Assembly (NCBI GenBank): GCA_964016885.1
Contig: OZ024740.1
Span: 109,120,001 to 109,184,000, forward strand
Origin: Eledone cirrhosa
Lineage: Eukaryota
Direction: 5' to 3'
DNA length: 64,000 nt
Of this stretch, positions 1-14,363 are shown one piece after another; position 1 is the stretch's first letter, and each line of letters begins with the position of its first letter. The notes under the pieces are model-generated. The model saw only the letters and a list, made by a program, of their open reading frames with translations. It searched no databases and had not been told where the DNA came from. The position numbers and the translations under genes are program-made.

Positions 1-320
1 AGTGAAGGAGGATGGTCACGGCTGGAATACCCTCTGATCATAAGTCTATTCGACCAAGGCCGACTATGGTCTAAAGAAGAAGAACAACAGTAACAACAAC
101 CACATGTGTGCAGTTAGCTGTGCAGTTAGCTGCGTAGTTAGTGAATGCGAAATAAATTTGTACAGGGGTTATTGAATTATATATATTTTGAGGTCACGAA
201 ATCGCTTGGAAATCAGCTTGGCATTTTCTGTTGTATCTATTTTATTGTCGCAAGTTTCCGAGTTCGGTTTCTGCTACCGCCCAGTACCCGATGCCAATAA
301 CATTGACACCTATAATAATA

Positions 321-520
321 ATTCTTTCTAACATTGGCAAAAGGTCATCAATTTTTTTTGGGGGGTGGGGGGGGGGGGGCTGAGTCATTTATATCGACTC
401 CAGTATATTACTGGTACTTTATTTCATCGACCCCGGAAAGAATAAAAGCAAAGTTGACCTCTGCGAGATTTGAAATCAGAACATTTTATCCAACGATCTA
501 ACGATTCTGCCAACCCATTC
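321..520 (-). mobile_element. tRNA-derived SINE, representative copy of the dominant family (others at ~535-660, 913-1070, 12648-12752, 27380-27535, 28730-28912, 29385-29783, 32155-32350, 32775-33163, 34255-34410, 40060-40190, 41700-42200)
   Basis: Dispersed ~200-bp repeat whose better-preserved copies have a B-box-like GAGTTCAAATCC, then GCCTTTCATCCTTACGGGGTCGATAAAATAAAGTACCAG (resembles the Nin/Deu central domain, from memory), and a 3' end AAAGTAGAAACAATT(ATT)n. Confidence 0.85.
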
Positions 521-2839
521 TGCATTGACACTAATAATTGTTTCTACTTTTACCACAAGGCCAGCAATTCTTGGATAGTCGATTATATTGATCCTTGTAT
601 TTAACTGGTATTTTATTCTATCGACATCCAGAAGGATGAAAAGCAAAATTGATCATTTGGCATGCTGCCGAATCAAGTTCTTGACACTTCTTGCTTTGAC
701 TACAAAAAAAAAAAAAAAACATTATTAAGCCTGCATTTTCTACTACAATCACCCATTAGAGTTCCGTAATGCGTCTCTCAAAGTCCCGCGCCTCAGGCGA
801 CTGCCTTGTTGGCCCGATGATGATGCCAGCACTACATAGTTATAAATATTAAGAGGACCCATGGAAATTCTACGTTTTATATTTTATATAAATCTTTATG
901 ACATTGTTTCTAGGCGGCGAATTGATAGAGTCGTTAGAACGTCAGATAGAATGCTTTGCGGTATTCGTTTCGGCTCTCTGTGCTCTATGTTCAAATCCCT
1001 CCCAGGTCAAGGTTGCTTTTCATCCTTTCCGAAGTCGAAAAATATAGTACCAGTACTGGGGTTGATTCGTCTATATCTCTTTTTGACTTCCTCTATATCA
1101 CTCTCTCTTCATCTCTGGAAGAAATCGGTTGTTCAGATATGGAGAGGAAATAGGCGTCGCCAGGTTTAAAATGACCAAGAAACGCCTTATTTCACAATGG
1201 TACCATGACGACTCCACCAAGAGTTACGGGTACATACAAACATACATTCATAACATTGTCTTATTATTTACATAGCGGCCTTCGTTCCGGCCTTCGTCCC
1301 GGTCTGCAATGTGTTCAAATTAGTATCTATCGTAATGCTCATTTACCTTGAAATAAAAGATGTTAAAACGTACTTAAATAATGCATAACATAATTCTAAA
1401 ATTTTATTTATAATATCTAAATACAGAAAGTAATAAATAAAATAATAGAAAAATATATTCTACGAAAATTATAAAACATTTACAGAACTTCAGCATATAC
1501 AATGTTTTGTTTTTTTTTGTTTTTTTTTGAGCATATATAAAGAGTTTGTTGGAGCGTCCTACTCGGGAACAACCTACATAAAATTGACCATGTGAGAAAC
1601 AGCCCTCTTCTAGATGGAGACGGAAGCCTGCAGTTGATTAATTAAATTTACAACGTTTTCTACAACTGTAGAAAATGATGAAGGATCAAAACATCCTTCA
1701 GTATCAAGGGATTACTTTTCTATAAATTTAAACGACTGAGAGGTGCTTATCTGTAACTCCGATGGTCTCCCTTCCTTCCCACCACTGTTTTTTCCACTGA
1801 AGAAATATCCGAGGCTTGGAAAATCCGAGGGTACCCGCCCCAAATTCCGTTTCCGGAAAAGAAGGCGTTTGTGAGCATATCGGAAGTTAGATTAGCTGAA
1901 AACATATGAAAAAACCCGCGGAAAAAAATGTCTTCACGATCCCCAGTAGGTGCTTTTCTATAAATTTAAATGAAATCACATAGAAAAGTTTTAGTTAGTT
2001 AGAGAGAGAGAGGGAGGTAGAGTGAGTGAGAAGTGGAGTACTATTCTCTCTCTCTCTCTCTCTCTCTCTCACCCCCTTACATGTTTCTCTTGACTCCATT
2101 TCTACATATGGCTTCCTCTTTGTCCCCCCCTCTTTCTCATCTCTCGCCTCCATGTCTTTCTGTTTGTCTACTTTTCTCTCTTTCTCCCATTGTCTGTCTA
2201 GTCTATCTCTCTCTCTACCTCTCTCTATCTACCCCTCTCTCTCTTTCATCCATTTACGTATCTCTCTCGTCTCCATCTATACATATGTCTCTTTCTTTGT
2301 TCTCCCTCTCTCGCCCCTCGTCCCCATACATCTATCTGTCTTTCTCTATTTCTCCCATTGTCTGTCTGTCTATTCTATCTCTTTCTCCCGCTCGAGCACT
2401 TTATCCGCGATCATAACAAGCGACTTCAATTCTAATATGATTTAAAATTTTAAACGAAAATCAAATTTTCTTTCTATCGGTTTGATAAAAAAAATCACGA
2501 AAACTTGAAATCATAACCATTGGACATAGATTGAAATAAAAATGGAAGGCACCTTAGCTGAGCCGTCAAACAATGTCTCTGGCCCTCAGTATTCTGTTGG
2601 TCAAAGTCGCCCAGTTCATTTCTTATTTGATATGTTCTCCCTTGATTAAATATCGATCCCTTAACATAGATAGATCCCCCCCCCCCTATCATACACACAT
2701 TTGGGGAATAAACGTTAGAAGGGGTTATACGGAGATAACGACCCCCAGAGCCACCTCCGGAGGTTAGTTTTATAATATGCATCCTCTTCTCCCACTTATG
2801 CGACTCATTCTTCCAAATGAAATAATTTCACCTTACAGG

Positions 2840-4710
2840 CAGGGCTGCCCAAACTCTTTTTTTTCAATAGCACCTAAAACTTTATTTTAAAAGTACCAAA
2901 ATATACAAAATCGTACCAAATCCAATTACATTAATATGAAACCCCATAAATGTTAAACAAAGATTTTTAAAATGTTCTTCTTCCACACATTTCTTGCTGT
3001 AACAGTTTTTTTCTTGCAGTTTGAGACAAAGTTGTGGGTGTCACTTATTGCAGTCAACATTTTGCAGCAGAGACTTTGATCTTAGCAGGGCATTAAATGT
3101 TGATGTTTTTAAAGCATTGCAGTTTTTGTTCTTATGTTGTTGAGAAGGGAAAAAAACTCATCTGCAGCTACTGAAGAATGTGGCCATGAAAGTTGCATTA
3201 TGAACTTAGATAGTAATGGGTAGCGATATATGTCAACTCATTTCGAAAATGTCATTGCCAATGGTATGATCGATTTTGGTTTACTTTCAATAATATTGGT
3301 TGGGTCTAAAGCTTCAAGAATGGCAAACAAGGCTATATGAATATATCAGGATTTTTCTGCTTCAACATATGTTGAACTCCCTCTTTGCTTCCCATCATAA
3401 CACTGATATTATCACTGGAAAATCTAATTAAGTTTTCAAGAGAGATATTATTTACAATGAAAAATGATTGTAGTAAATTATAAATACCAAGCGCATTGCA
3501 GGCTTTAATCTCCAGAAGCGCCAAAACGTCGACCACAGTCTTTTGAATTACCAAGGTTTTAATATCTCGCTATTAGAACAAGCTGCTTGTTGGTAGAGAT
3601 ATCCGTTGTTTCATCTACAACAAGTGAGAACTTTGCTGAATTTAGCTTAGACAATAAATCATTGAAAGCATGGGTATCGATCACAATTGAAGAAATGCAA
3701 GTTTCTTTAGTTCTTGCGCACATGATGTCTGGCGATTTTTTAATCAGAGCATACGTTGGCAATAAGGCCAGGCAAATAATCCAAAACAGCAATTGGTAGG
3801 TTGTTTACAGCAATAAATCTGCACAGTTTCAGCTCAGTTGATGCTATTTTCATTAAGTGAGCAGAACATTGAGCATGTTTTATCAATTATGTCACCTTCA
3901 CTGTTTGTTTCACTACTTTCGCAATTTTCGGTGTTTTTCTGTCTCTTCATGCTTTACTATTTGACTTGAGCTATCAGCTATCTCACAATTGCACAATTTA
4001 TAATAGCCTTTACTTGCGTTCATTTTACTCAATTTCAACCATGATGAACATTTCTCATCGTTTAACAAGTTTGATGGAACTTTTCTTTCATAGAAAGTGA
4101 ATTTTAATTTTTTTTCTTCTGAGAAGTGTCATTTTCGTCACTATCAGAATGACATTCTATATTCACTTTTTCTCATCTCGTGATGGGTTCAAAATATTTC
4201 TCAAAAAAGCAAAACGCTTCAGTTATTGAAAGATGACACACAGTACGCCGTGACACAACCACTTAAACTGAATTGATATGGTTGTCTTCCAAGAATTCAT
4301 CTTAATCTATTTAGATGTCCTTGCATATTGTCAGCGGCATCTATTCAAGTAAAACGTCCATAGATCGATTGTGAGGGAATAGTGCGTTATTATTGGCTAC
4401 CAGGATAATACAGAAGATGGTTGTCTGCCGATTTGAAATAAATACTACACAGAAGAGTTATTGATGTCAAGTGAGATCTGTCGAGCAAATACATTTAATG
4501 GAGAGCTTCTCAACGTAAAAGTCATTATAGCTGATAAATGGTAAATCATTAAATGCTGATTTTAGAATGTCAATTAAGCCAAATTCGCAAAGCAAGTACA
4601 ATCTCCAAAAGGTACCAAAAATCCGGACGTGGCACCAAACGTACAGAAAAGTCAAATTAAGAACAAATAGTACAAAATTTGTACAAACGTACCAACTTCG
4701 TCAGCGTTTC
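2840..4710 (-). mobile_element. Decayed hAT-superfamily DNA transposon
   Basis: Broken ORFs contain FSLVVDETTDISTNKQL and FSSDNISVMMG..GV; a dimerization-domain remnant (PHSS) lies near 3180. CAGGGCTGCC at 2840 resembles a TIR, and GTACCAA subterminal repeats occur at both ends. The right TIR is eroded. Confidence 0.8.
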
Positions 4711-5249
4711 TTACAGGCTGATAAGCTGATGAACAAAGATTTTTACATTTCTTGCTCTTACCACACTAATTATTAAGCCCGCATTTTCCACTACACAGTT
4801 CACACTCATCCACAACAAATCGTGTAGCAGGTCATAATACCATACGACCCTCTTCATTGCTTTAGATATTTCTACAACGTTGCTACGCGGCAAAGATGTT
4901 TAGTGATTTATTTGTTGATCACAGGAAATTATTATATATTTTATACAAACTTACGGTTCAGTAATGCGCCTCACTGAGGTGTATGCCATAGGCGGCTTCC
5001 TGGCTGGCGTTAATGGTAGCGTCGGCCCTGCCTGGAAATTTGACAGTCAAAGCTTACCTCGACATGATTTGAACTCAGAACGTAAAGAGTTATAATTATC
5101 ATCATACGACATTTAATATGCAATGTACTGGTACTGGCATTTACAAGTATTGATTTACAACATTGGCATAATGAGGGATTAATTGGAAATTAATCGAATT
5201 GAATCCAGCACAGGTTCGAATTGTCAAGGTTTGTTCCCTTCCGGACCCT

Positions 5250-6803
5250 CTTTGGGGCCTCAGGGTACGCAATCGTGTGTGCCGGGTGACCTGGATCTCT
5301 GGAAAGGCACCTAAGCAATGGTAATCGGGAGTGATAATCCCAATTTTCAAAAAGGGAGACAAGAGAGATTGTTCCAATTGCAGAGGGATCTCCTTGTTAA
5401 GCCTCTCCAGTAAAGTCTATGCTAAGTGTCTGGCAAAGAAATGTAGGGCGATTGTCGAGTCCAAGCTAACTGATGAACAGTGCAGTTTTCGCCCTGTAGG
5501 TAGCACAGCTGACCAAATATCCACACTGGGACAGGTTTTCGAGAAATCGTGTTTTGTCGATCTTGAAAAGGCATATGACGGCGTTCCTTGGGATCTGTTG
5601 TGGAAGGTTCTGCAGGAGTATGGGATCGATGGTCAGCTTCTTGCTGCTCTGATGTCTCTATAAGAATGCTCGAGTATTTGTGTTTGGATAAATGGTGCTA
5701 AATCGAAGAATTCAATATGGGAGTCTGACTCCGCCAGTGGTGCATACTGACACCTCTCCTGTTCATTATTTTCATGAATAGGATTGATATGCGCAGCCGG
5801 GTTGGAAGTGGTATCATTACTGGAGGGTGTAAAATCAGTCGGCTGGAATTTGTAGACATGGTGTTACTTAACTCGACAGAAGGCGATCTCCGACTTGCAC
5901 TTGATAGGTTTGATGCTGAGTGCTGCATGGCTGGAATGAAAATCAGTGCTGCGAAAACTGAGACAATTGTCCTCTCAAGGAAGCCCGCACAGTGCACGCT
6001 ACATGTGAATGGAGTACTACTGAAGCAGCTAGAGAAGTTCAATAAGTTCGCGAGGCCGTGTTCACTAGTAATGGAAGGCAGGAGGCCGAATTAAGTACAC
6101 AAATTGCAGGAGTTGGTACAGTGATGCGCCAACTTCAGCATTCAGTAATCAGAAGAAGGGAGGTAGGAATAAAAGCCAAACTCACTATCTTCAATTCAGT
6201 ATTCGTGCCAACCCTTACCTATGGACATGAATATTGGGTAATGACCGAAAGAATACGATCGCGAATACAAGCAGTCGAAATGTGGTTCGTTCAAAGGGTC
6301 TGTGGAGTAACATTACTCAAAAGAGTACGTATCTCAGAGGTCAGAGATTTACTCCTGGTAGAGCCGCTACTTCTCTGAATTGAGAGATCACAGCTCCGAT
6401 AGGATGGGCATGTGGTTATAATGTCTCAGGAAAGAAGAGCTGGACAGAGTTTACCGGCAAAATCAACCGGTAGGAGATCCATGAGCTTGGCTGATATTGC
6501 TTGAGGCTCCAGCTGGGTCATTTGGAGACGGTTGCTTCTCATCACAGGATCTGCTGGAAGGCGCGTTTGAGGACTCTGCCCCCACGACCTCTCAGGAAGA
6601 AGAAAAAGAAAAAAAAAGAAGAAAAAGAAGATGAAGAAGAAAAAGAAAAAGAAAAAGAAAAAGAAAAAGAAAAAGAAAAAGAAGAAAAAGAAAAAGAAAA
6701 AGAAAAAGAAAAAGAAAAAGAAAAAGAAAAAAGAAAAAGAAAAAGGAGAAAAAGAAGAAGAAGAAGAAGAAGAAGAAGAAGAAGAAGAAGAAGAAGAAGA
6801 AGA
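5250..6803 (+). mobile_element. 5'-truncated, frameshifted RTE-clade LINE (RT region to 3' end) with a GAA/GAAAAA microsatellite tail
   Basis: ORF fragments IIPIFKKGDKRDCSNCRGISLL, FVDLEKAYD, GMKISAAKT, PTLTYGHEYWVMTERIRSRIQAVEM. The 3' end CTGCCCCCACGACCTCTCAGGAAGAAG runs into the tail. Confidence 0.9.
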
Positions 6804-7437
6804 ATCCAACACATGACTAATACTTCATTTATCGACCCGGGAAGAATGAAAGGATAAGTAAGCCCATTTACGTAATGAGTTTAAAGTAAAAAACAAAACA
6901 AAAAAAAACATCACTCTATTGATACGACCAGCCACCACAAGCCTCCAAAATATTGCCAATTGCCAATAAAGTATGTTTATTGATATATCAATATATATAT
7001 ATATATTGATCCCTCGTCAGAAATATAGAATTATCTATAGAAACAAAATCCTTTCAAATGAAATTATCTTCCTTACAAATTTATAAATAAATTTTAAAAA
7101 AATCTCAAGCGAAGAAGTTCTCTGTGGCCGTACGACTTGCTAGAAATAGCAGTAGATCTCCCTCAAATTACACTTTACTGAAAGGGGGGGGGGGGGGGTT
7201 ATTTAATGTAGGCCTAGCTACGCAATGCGGTTTCATTGCTAGAGCAACTTTTGATCATATGTCAACTTATCCTGGATTGGTCTGGGGTTAAACAACAGTA
7301 AATTAGTATAAATCAAAGCCACCTTTGGTATTTTTCCTCAGTTATCGAGTGAGACAAAATTCGCAAATTCCAAATAGAACGTTTTCACCGGAAGCTCTGA
7401 TGGGTCGAACTATCAACTTACAGTTTTTATTTTCCAG

Positions 7438-7586
7438 TGACCGGAAACCGAACAACAACAGTCCCAAAAATAGGTGACTTCTTCAAAGCCAGACAGCCAG
7501 TATATGGCACATATTACATTAAAAAATTAGTGGATCACAACGCTTACAAGATGCAAGCAATCTACTGGCAAACCAGTTTCACATAA
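7438..7586 (+). CDS. Possible isolated terminal coding exon (phase 1), product unknown
   Basis: Acceptor TTTTATTTTCCAG at 7425-7437, then 48 open codons TGNRTTTVPKIGDFFKARQPVYGTYYIKKLVDHNAYKMQAIYWQTSFT* in non-repetitive sequence. No homology recognised. Confidence 0.25.
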
Positions 7587-8819
7587 CCAATCGCCGATGT
7601 TTAATTTTCGGCCAAAGAATCGAAGAAAACCTGTAAAACCATTCCAAGAATCTAAAATTGGGATAAGTTTCTTAAAATTTGTTGTTAAACCACAAAAAAT
7701 GTCGAATGTTTTATAATCCCCTGCAAATTACGTAGTCGGATCTTATTGGCAGATTACCTTAGAAACTAACTGTCAATTACTTTTGATCGCTAAGTTTGAG
7801 TTTAGTGAAACGTTATGCATGAAGTAATACAGTGAATGGTGTCGTGTTACCGAGTAAAAAATAGTAAGTACTGAACAGTAACGTACGAAAGTCGTATACT
7901 TACCAGAAACATGAACTATTTATGCACTTATCCATAACATATCAACGTCTGCTATTTTCTTTCTATCAAGCAGACTGTAACCAATAATTCGATAAATAAT
8001 ATAATTATTGTGTGAAATACAACAACAGGCAGTCGTCGATACAACAATGCCTTAAACAATATTACATTGAGTACAACTTAGATGTAAAAAGGATTATTTC
8101 AACTATTATTTGATCATTCATTACAGTCAGTAACACTTTTACACGTTACACAACATAGACAACAGGTTAATACAAATGGCCGTTGCAACATGTTCTCTGT
8201 ACAACGAAATAATTGTTTAGGTTTAACTGAATTTGTATTATACAAAACAGAAGGCTAGTGGAGCAGTGCCATCAATAACGATGAAATAGCGTTGAATGTA
8301 TTTAATTTTGGGAGTCCAGGATTAGTGGATATAGGAAATATAAGAGAACTCCTATAGTTTATGTTGATTATAGACATGTGGAAGTTACTAAAAATAAAAA
8401 GGAAAGTTTCATAACTTATTTTTAGGATATAATTACATAAAGTAAAATTATTTTTGTAGCATTACTGATATAGGAAATGTATTGTGTGTAAATATTCAAT
8501 AATCACACATACACGCATGCACGCAGACACGCGCGCAGGAACACACACACACACGCATGCACGCAGACGCGCGCAGGAACACACACACACACACACGCAA
8601 ATACGAGCGCAGGAACACACACACACATATATATCTGTCAGTAACTATATAAAATTTATATATATACATATACAAACACGTGTGGTGAATTATGATTGAG
8701 TATCACATTGACGCGTCCGTCCATGTAAAGCTGGCAAAACATAACAGACTTGGAAATGTATCTCACCCCCCCCCCCCCCTCATGCGTGTACGTACATACA
8801 TACATGCATACATAATAAT

Positions 8820-9110
8820 ACATACATACATACATGATGATGGCTGGCCCCTCGTTATCGAATATGGCCATTACACGATATACCATTATTATTAATTATT
8901 AATTAATTCTATCGTGCAATGCCTGTGCGTGAAGATATTTTTTAAAGTGAGGAAAGACTGTGCACTGAGCCAATCCCACTCTCTGAGCGACAGTAGCTAT
9001 AACCCGAAAAGAAGAAAAGATCAACATCATCGGTAACTACTGAGCCACAGGTTTAATGTCGGAGTTATCCCAGTTTCCTAGACGCTTCGACCAGCGAAAT
9101 TCCTTACTTC
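8820..9110 (-). mobile_element. Short non-autonomous RTE-derived element with an (ATGT)n tail; paralog at 61665-62060
   Basis: Near-identical reverse complement of 61665-61802 plus 61994-62060. Shares segments with 9165-9770. Confidence 0.7.
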
Positions 9111-9164
9111 AATGGCCACATAGTCTATAACCTCCCCTCCTGTTTACTTACCTAATCACATACA

Positions 9165-9894
<730 letters not shown>

Positions 9895-12068
9895 GCAGAG
9901 GTTATATTTAATTTGTTGGGATTCAACAAGCTTAAACATGTTTATAACTGATATAAAGCACTCAACTGATAAGTGGAGTAAATACACAATATATTAATAA
10001 ATGGAAACTATATTTATAAAACCATATTTATTTTATTATAGATATTTCAAGGGCAACCAATGCAAATTATGGTGCGCTTTCATCAGATAAAATACAGATT
10101 TGTTTTATAAATAAATATTGACATACCCGGAAAAAAGAAAGACAACCTTGGATAGTGGAGATATTACATTTATTGAGGGTGATACAAAATTATGAGTGAG
10201 TATGCAAATGATTGTCCTAAAGGTTGAAAAGATAACGGTTTATTTAAATTAAACTGTTGGAAGAAGGTGATATGTAAGGGAGAGAGAAAAAAAGAAAAAA
10301 AGTAAAAAAGAAAAAAGAAAGGAGAAAGATAGAAGAGGAAAGAAAGAACGATTATATATATTGATAGTGAAAATAGAGTGCACGATGAGATGAATTTCAA
10401 AGGATAAATATACACAGCGTAAGTATATCTAAGTGAGAGAAGAGATGAGAATAACGTGGAGGAATAATATTTATAATGCAGGATTCAATACGTTTTGATT
10501 ATAATATTTATAATGATAGGTTGAAAAATTAGATTAAAATTAAATTAAAATTAAAAAAATTAGAAATCAAAATTAAAGATTAAAATTTACCTTAATAGTA
10601 AAGATTTAATTTAATAATTTAATATTAATAATTAGTTTAAATGTGTATGTTAAGTATTATAAATATATAGTATTTTACATTAGAGCAAATCTAGTATAGT
10701 TTATTTTATTAAAAGTTGTAAGTCAAAAATTTAAACATCCAAATAATTCTAAATTTATGAAAAATTTTCGAGAGTTTACAAAGGAATAACCACTTAGTGA
10801 TATTATAAAAACAGCAAGGAAGTGTAAAGGAAGTTAGAAGTGATTTTTTAAGAACTCGGATGACTCTAAGGATTAAATGTTATAAAGTTAAAAAGTTAAA
10901 CATTTTTTGTCATAAGAATATAATTAAAACATGAACCATATGTTATTTTATACGAAGTCATAAATTTACTTGCTATAAAGTTAAAACATTTAAAAAATTT
11001 ATCTTAAGAATATATTTAAAGCATAAACCATAGGTTTTTCCACATATATATAAAAAAACCTATATATAAAAATCATATGTTTTTCCACATATATATAAAC
11101 ATTTGGATATTTATATTAAAAACGTTTGAAGATATAAAAATATAACCTTGATAGATTATAAAAATATAATCTTGATAGAATCTTCAAATCCAAAAAGAAT
11201 CCAAGTAAGAGGGATACAAGTAAGAGGGATACAAGTTCGAACTTATAACCGCATATAAACACCGATTACGTAGGACTTACCTCGCCCTCAAACCTCCTCA
11301 TGACCCGGGTGGGTAGACAATGGCTGTATCATCCTTCTTTTCCCACTTGCCGAACAAGATAGGGGAAACCCTAGCATACATAGGTAGATGTACTTCTTTT
11401 CTTTTTACCCTTTATCTCTTCTTCTCACTTCCTTCCACTCCCCCTCCTCTTCCGTTTTCCTCTTTCTCTTACCCTGAGGCAGCCCATCGGGTTCCTGTAG
11501 CCTCAGTACCCCCACCGCAGTAAATTCCATATAGCATTGGCCGAAAACGCAATACCAGCTAAAAATATAGCAGCTGTTTTAGACTCTAGTTTTTTTTTTA
11601 TTATTTTTAATTTCAATTTATTAACTTTTTAATTTTTATAACTTACCACTCAGATTCCTCCAGAATTCTTTTTTCGCCTGCTTTCTAGCTCGCCTAATTT
11701 CATCCACACTCCTTAGAATTTGTTGTATAGAATTCACTTTCAACGCTTGACCGGCTCCACCCACTCCCTCATTGTTCTACAAGCAAGTTCAGCCACCCAC
11801 CGACATGAAAGATTTAATTGTGTTTACAAGAAATTTTGACCAATTCTTTTGACAACTACCACATTCCCATATATGGAATTACCCCTTGAAAAGTCCGGCT
11901 ATTTATAACCACGCTAAAAATCTAATTTAGTCCTGAAATAGCCGTCGAAAGGGCTTGAGCTCTGCCGTTGTGGTCTTGAACATTTTCCTATTACCCACTC
12001 TACTACTCTAAGTATTGAGTACTCTGGTGCGTTATGGTCCACCTGGTTCCTTACCACACTTCCTTCGT

Positions 12069-12099
<31 letters not shown>

Positions 12100-12181
12100 T
12101 TACTCCACCTGTGTTGAGTGGTTTATATCAGTTATAAAAATGTTTAAGTTTGTTGAATCCCAACAAATTAAATATAACTTC

Positions 12182-12185
<4 letters not shown>
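9895..12185. mobile_element. Composite Penelope-like insertion bounded by ~90-bp inverted arms in (TA)n
   Basis: 9895-9985 is the approximate reverse complement of 12095-12185. There is an HHR at 10029-10094, and (TA)n lies outside both ends. Confidence 0.6.
10029..10094 (-). ncRNA. Minimal type I hammerhead ribozyme
   Basis: Minus strand: TATTTTAT-CTGATGA-[AAGCGCACCA..TGGTTGCCCTT]-GAAA-TATCTA-TA-ATAAAATA, with an 8-bp stem I. Confidence 0.75.
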
Positions 12186-12241
<56 letters not shown>

Positions 12242-12252
12242 AGTGTGTGTGT

Positions 12253-12339
<87 letters not shown>

Positions 12340-12414
12340 TGATGGTAGCTAAGATGCTTTCATAGGCGGTATGCCGGTTGAGCACTCTATGTTCTTACAG
12401 AGCAGAGTATGATA

Positions 12415-12640
12415 TAATATAAAACGAAAAATCAGTGATGCATCTGAACTCAAATTTATTGTGTGTTACAATTGTTTCGCCGGCAGACAGCTCGATACAC
12501 GATCATTGCGTGGATCTGTCTGATTCTGGATCCGCAGGTTCGACGGACACGTCGAAACAATTGTAACACACAATTGTAACAATTGTAACACACAATAAAT
12601 TTGAGTTCAGATGCATCACTGATGTTTCGTTTTTTATATA
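12415..12640. repeat. Inverted-arm element carrying only the 3' half of an HHR (GAAACAATTGTA)
   Basis: The arms ATCAGTGATGCATCTGAACTCAAATTTATTGTGTGTTACAATTGTTTCG and its reverse complement are flanked by TA. Confidence 0.7.
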
Positions 12641-12768
12641 TATATATAATTGTTTCTACTTTAGGCACAAGGCCAGCAATTACCCAGTGCATTACTGGTA
12701 CTTTATTTCATCGACCCCGTAAGGATGAAAGGCAAAGTGAACCTCGGCGGGATTAAAAGAGTTCCATG

Positions 12769-12906
12769 TATTTTATTATGCGCATTTCAAAAACAAATAT
12801 AATCATGGGATGATATATAAAATCAAAAGATGGTTAAAAGAGTTCCATGTATTTCAAAAACAAATATCATCATGGGATGATATTTGCGTTCTCATCAGAT
12901 AAAATA
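12769..12906 (-). ncRNA. Hammerhead split across two partial tandem copies
   Basis: 12906-12852: TATTTTAT-CTGATGA-stem II (CAAATATCATC/GATGATATTTG)-GAAA. 12788-12769: GAAA-TGCGCA-TA-ATAAAATA. Confidence 0.65.
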
Positions 12907-13635
12907 GGGAGACATGATATGAAGCTTAAAAAACATTTGCGAGCAGTGAAGTGTTAAATCAACATATGAAAAATAAAATAAGATGGATATATGAGATTGG
13001 GAAAAAAAGAAGGAAGGGGGAAGGAAAAGGTAAGGAAGAGGAAGAAAGAAAATAATAATAATAAAAAATATAATAATAAGGAAAGGCTGACGGAGGAGGA
13101 ATATAAGGAGGAAGGATGAGAGAGGAGGAGAAATGAGTGAGAGAGAGAGAGAGATAACCTTTAATACTGAGAAACACTGTCTCACAGAGAGAAATAAAAA
13201 AAAAACCGTTGTATTTAAACAAATTTTGAAATTAAAAGTTAATGAGGTTTATGAATGGTGATGTTTATGATTAAAGAAAAAGGAATTAAGAATAGTATTT
13301 ATTTAAGGTTTATATATTGAACGGTTTAATAATATGTGCGAAAAGGAATTTATTAAAATGTATTATTAAAATAAAAAAATATTAAGGAGATAAGGTGAAT
13401 GAAGAAAAGATTAAATGAATTATGAACTCAGAGGAATTATTTAGGGTCCAAGTTTGTTTCTATGTATTGTAATAGGAAAAAGTAAATAATAGGTTTAATA
13501 CGAGCACGGAAGGAGAGAAGAAAGAAGAAAATTCAAGGAAGAAAAAAATATATAACGTAAAAAAAAATATATATATTGATGCAATTCCGATCAAGAACTC
13601 AACGCATAGGAATGACGGAGTATTTATAGAATAAT

Positions 13636-13757
13636 TGTTTCTACTTTAGGCACAAGGCCAGCAATTACCCAGTGCATTACTGGTACTTTATTTTATCGAC
13701 CCCGTAAAGATAAAAGGCAAAGTCAACCTCGGCGGGATTTGAACTCAGATCGTAAAG
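13636..13757 (-). mobile_element. 5'-truncated SINE with a 19-bp target-site duplication
   Basis: GGAGTATTTATAGAATAAT at 13617-13635 and 13758-13776. Confidence 0.9.
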
Positions 13758-13765
13758 GGAGTATT

Positions 13766-14243
13766 TATAGAATAATGAAATACAAAGTAGTTCAGATGTA
13801 AAAATTCCTTTATTGAAAGGCCGTTATATATATTTCGATGACAACAGAGGCCACGTAATTCCGTGTTAAATCCAATGCCATGATCTCAGCAGACAGATTC
13901 TTACATAATAAGGTTATTTATATTAAGCAATCCAATTTCGAAGTGACAAGGGAAGGGGCGAACACGATGCCTTTGAAGCGATCACCCGTTCCCTTGTCCC
14001 ATATAATCGACTAGGGGAACGGACGATCGCTTCTAGGGCATCCGTGTTTGTCCCTTCCCTTGTCACTTCGAAATTGGATTGCTTAATGTAAGTAACCTTA
14101 TTATGTAAGAATCTGTCTGCTGAGATCATAGCATTGGATTTAACACGGAATTACGTCGCCTCTGTTGTCATCGAAATATATATAACGGCCTTTCAATAAA
14201 GGAATTTTTACATCTGAACTACTTTGTATTTCATTATTCTATA
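13766..14243. repeat. ~480-bp near-perfect palindrome, probably Penelope-derived
   Basis: The arms are reverse complements around ~14005. Each carries GAAATATATATAACGG, an HHR 3' half like the one at 59940-59955, with no CUGANGA. Confidence 0.85.
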
Positions 14244-14280
14244 TATATATCGGCCCTTGTGGCCAATAAATGAAATCATT

Positions 14281-14363
<83 letters not shown>

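Noticed and set aside
6426-6857. Poly-K/E/F/S ORFs, and likewise the many YI/HT/CV ORFs elsewhere
   Set aside because: Translations of microsatellites.
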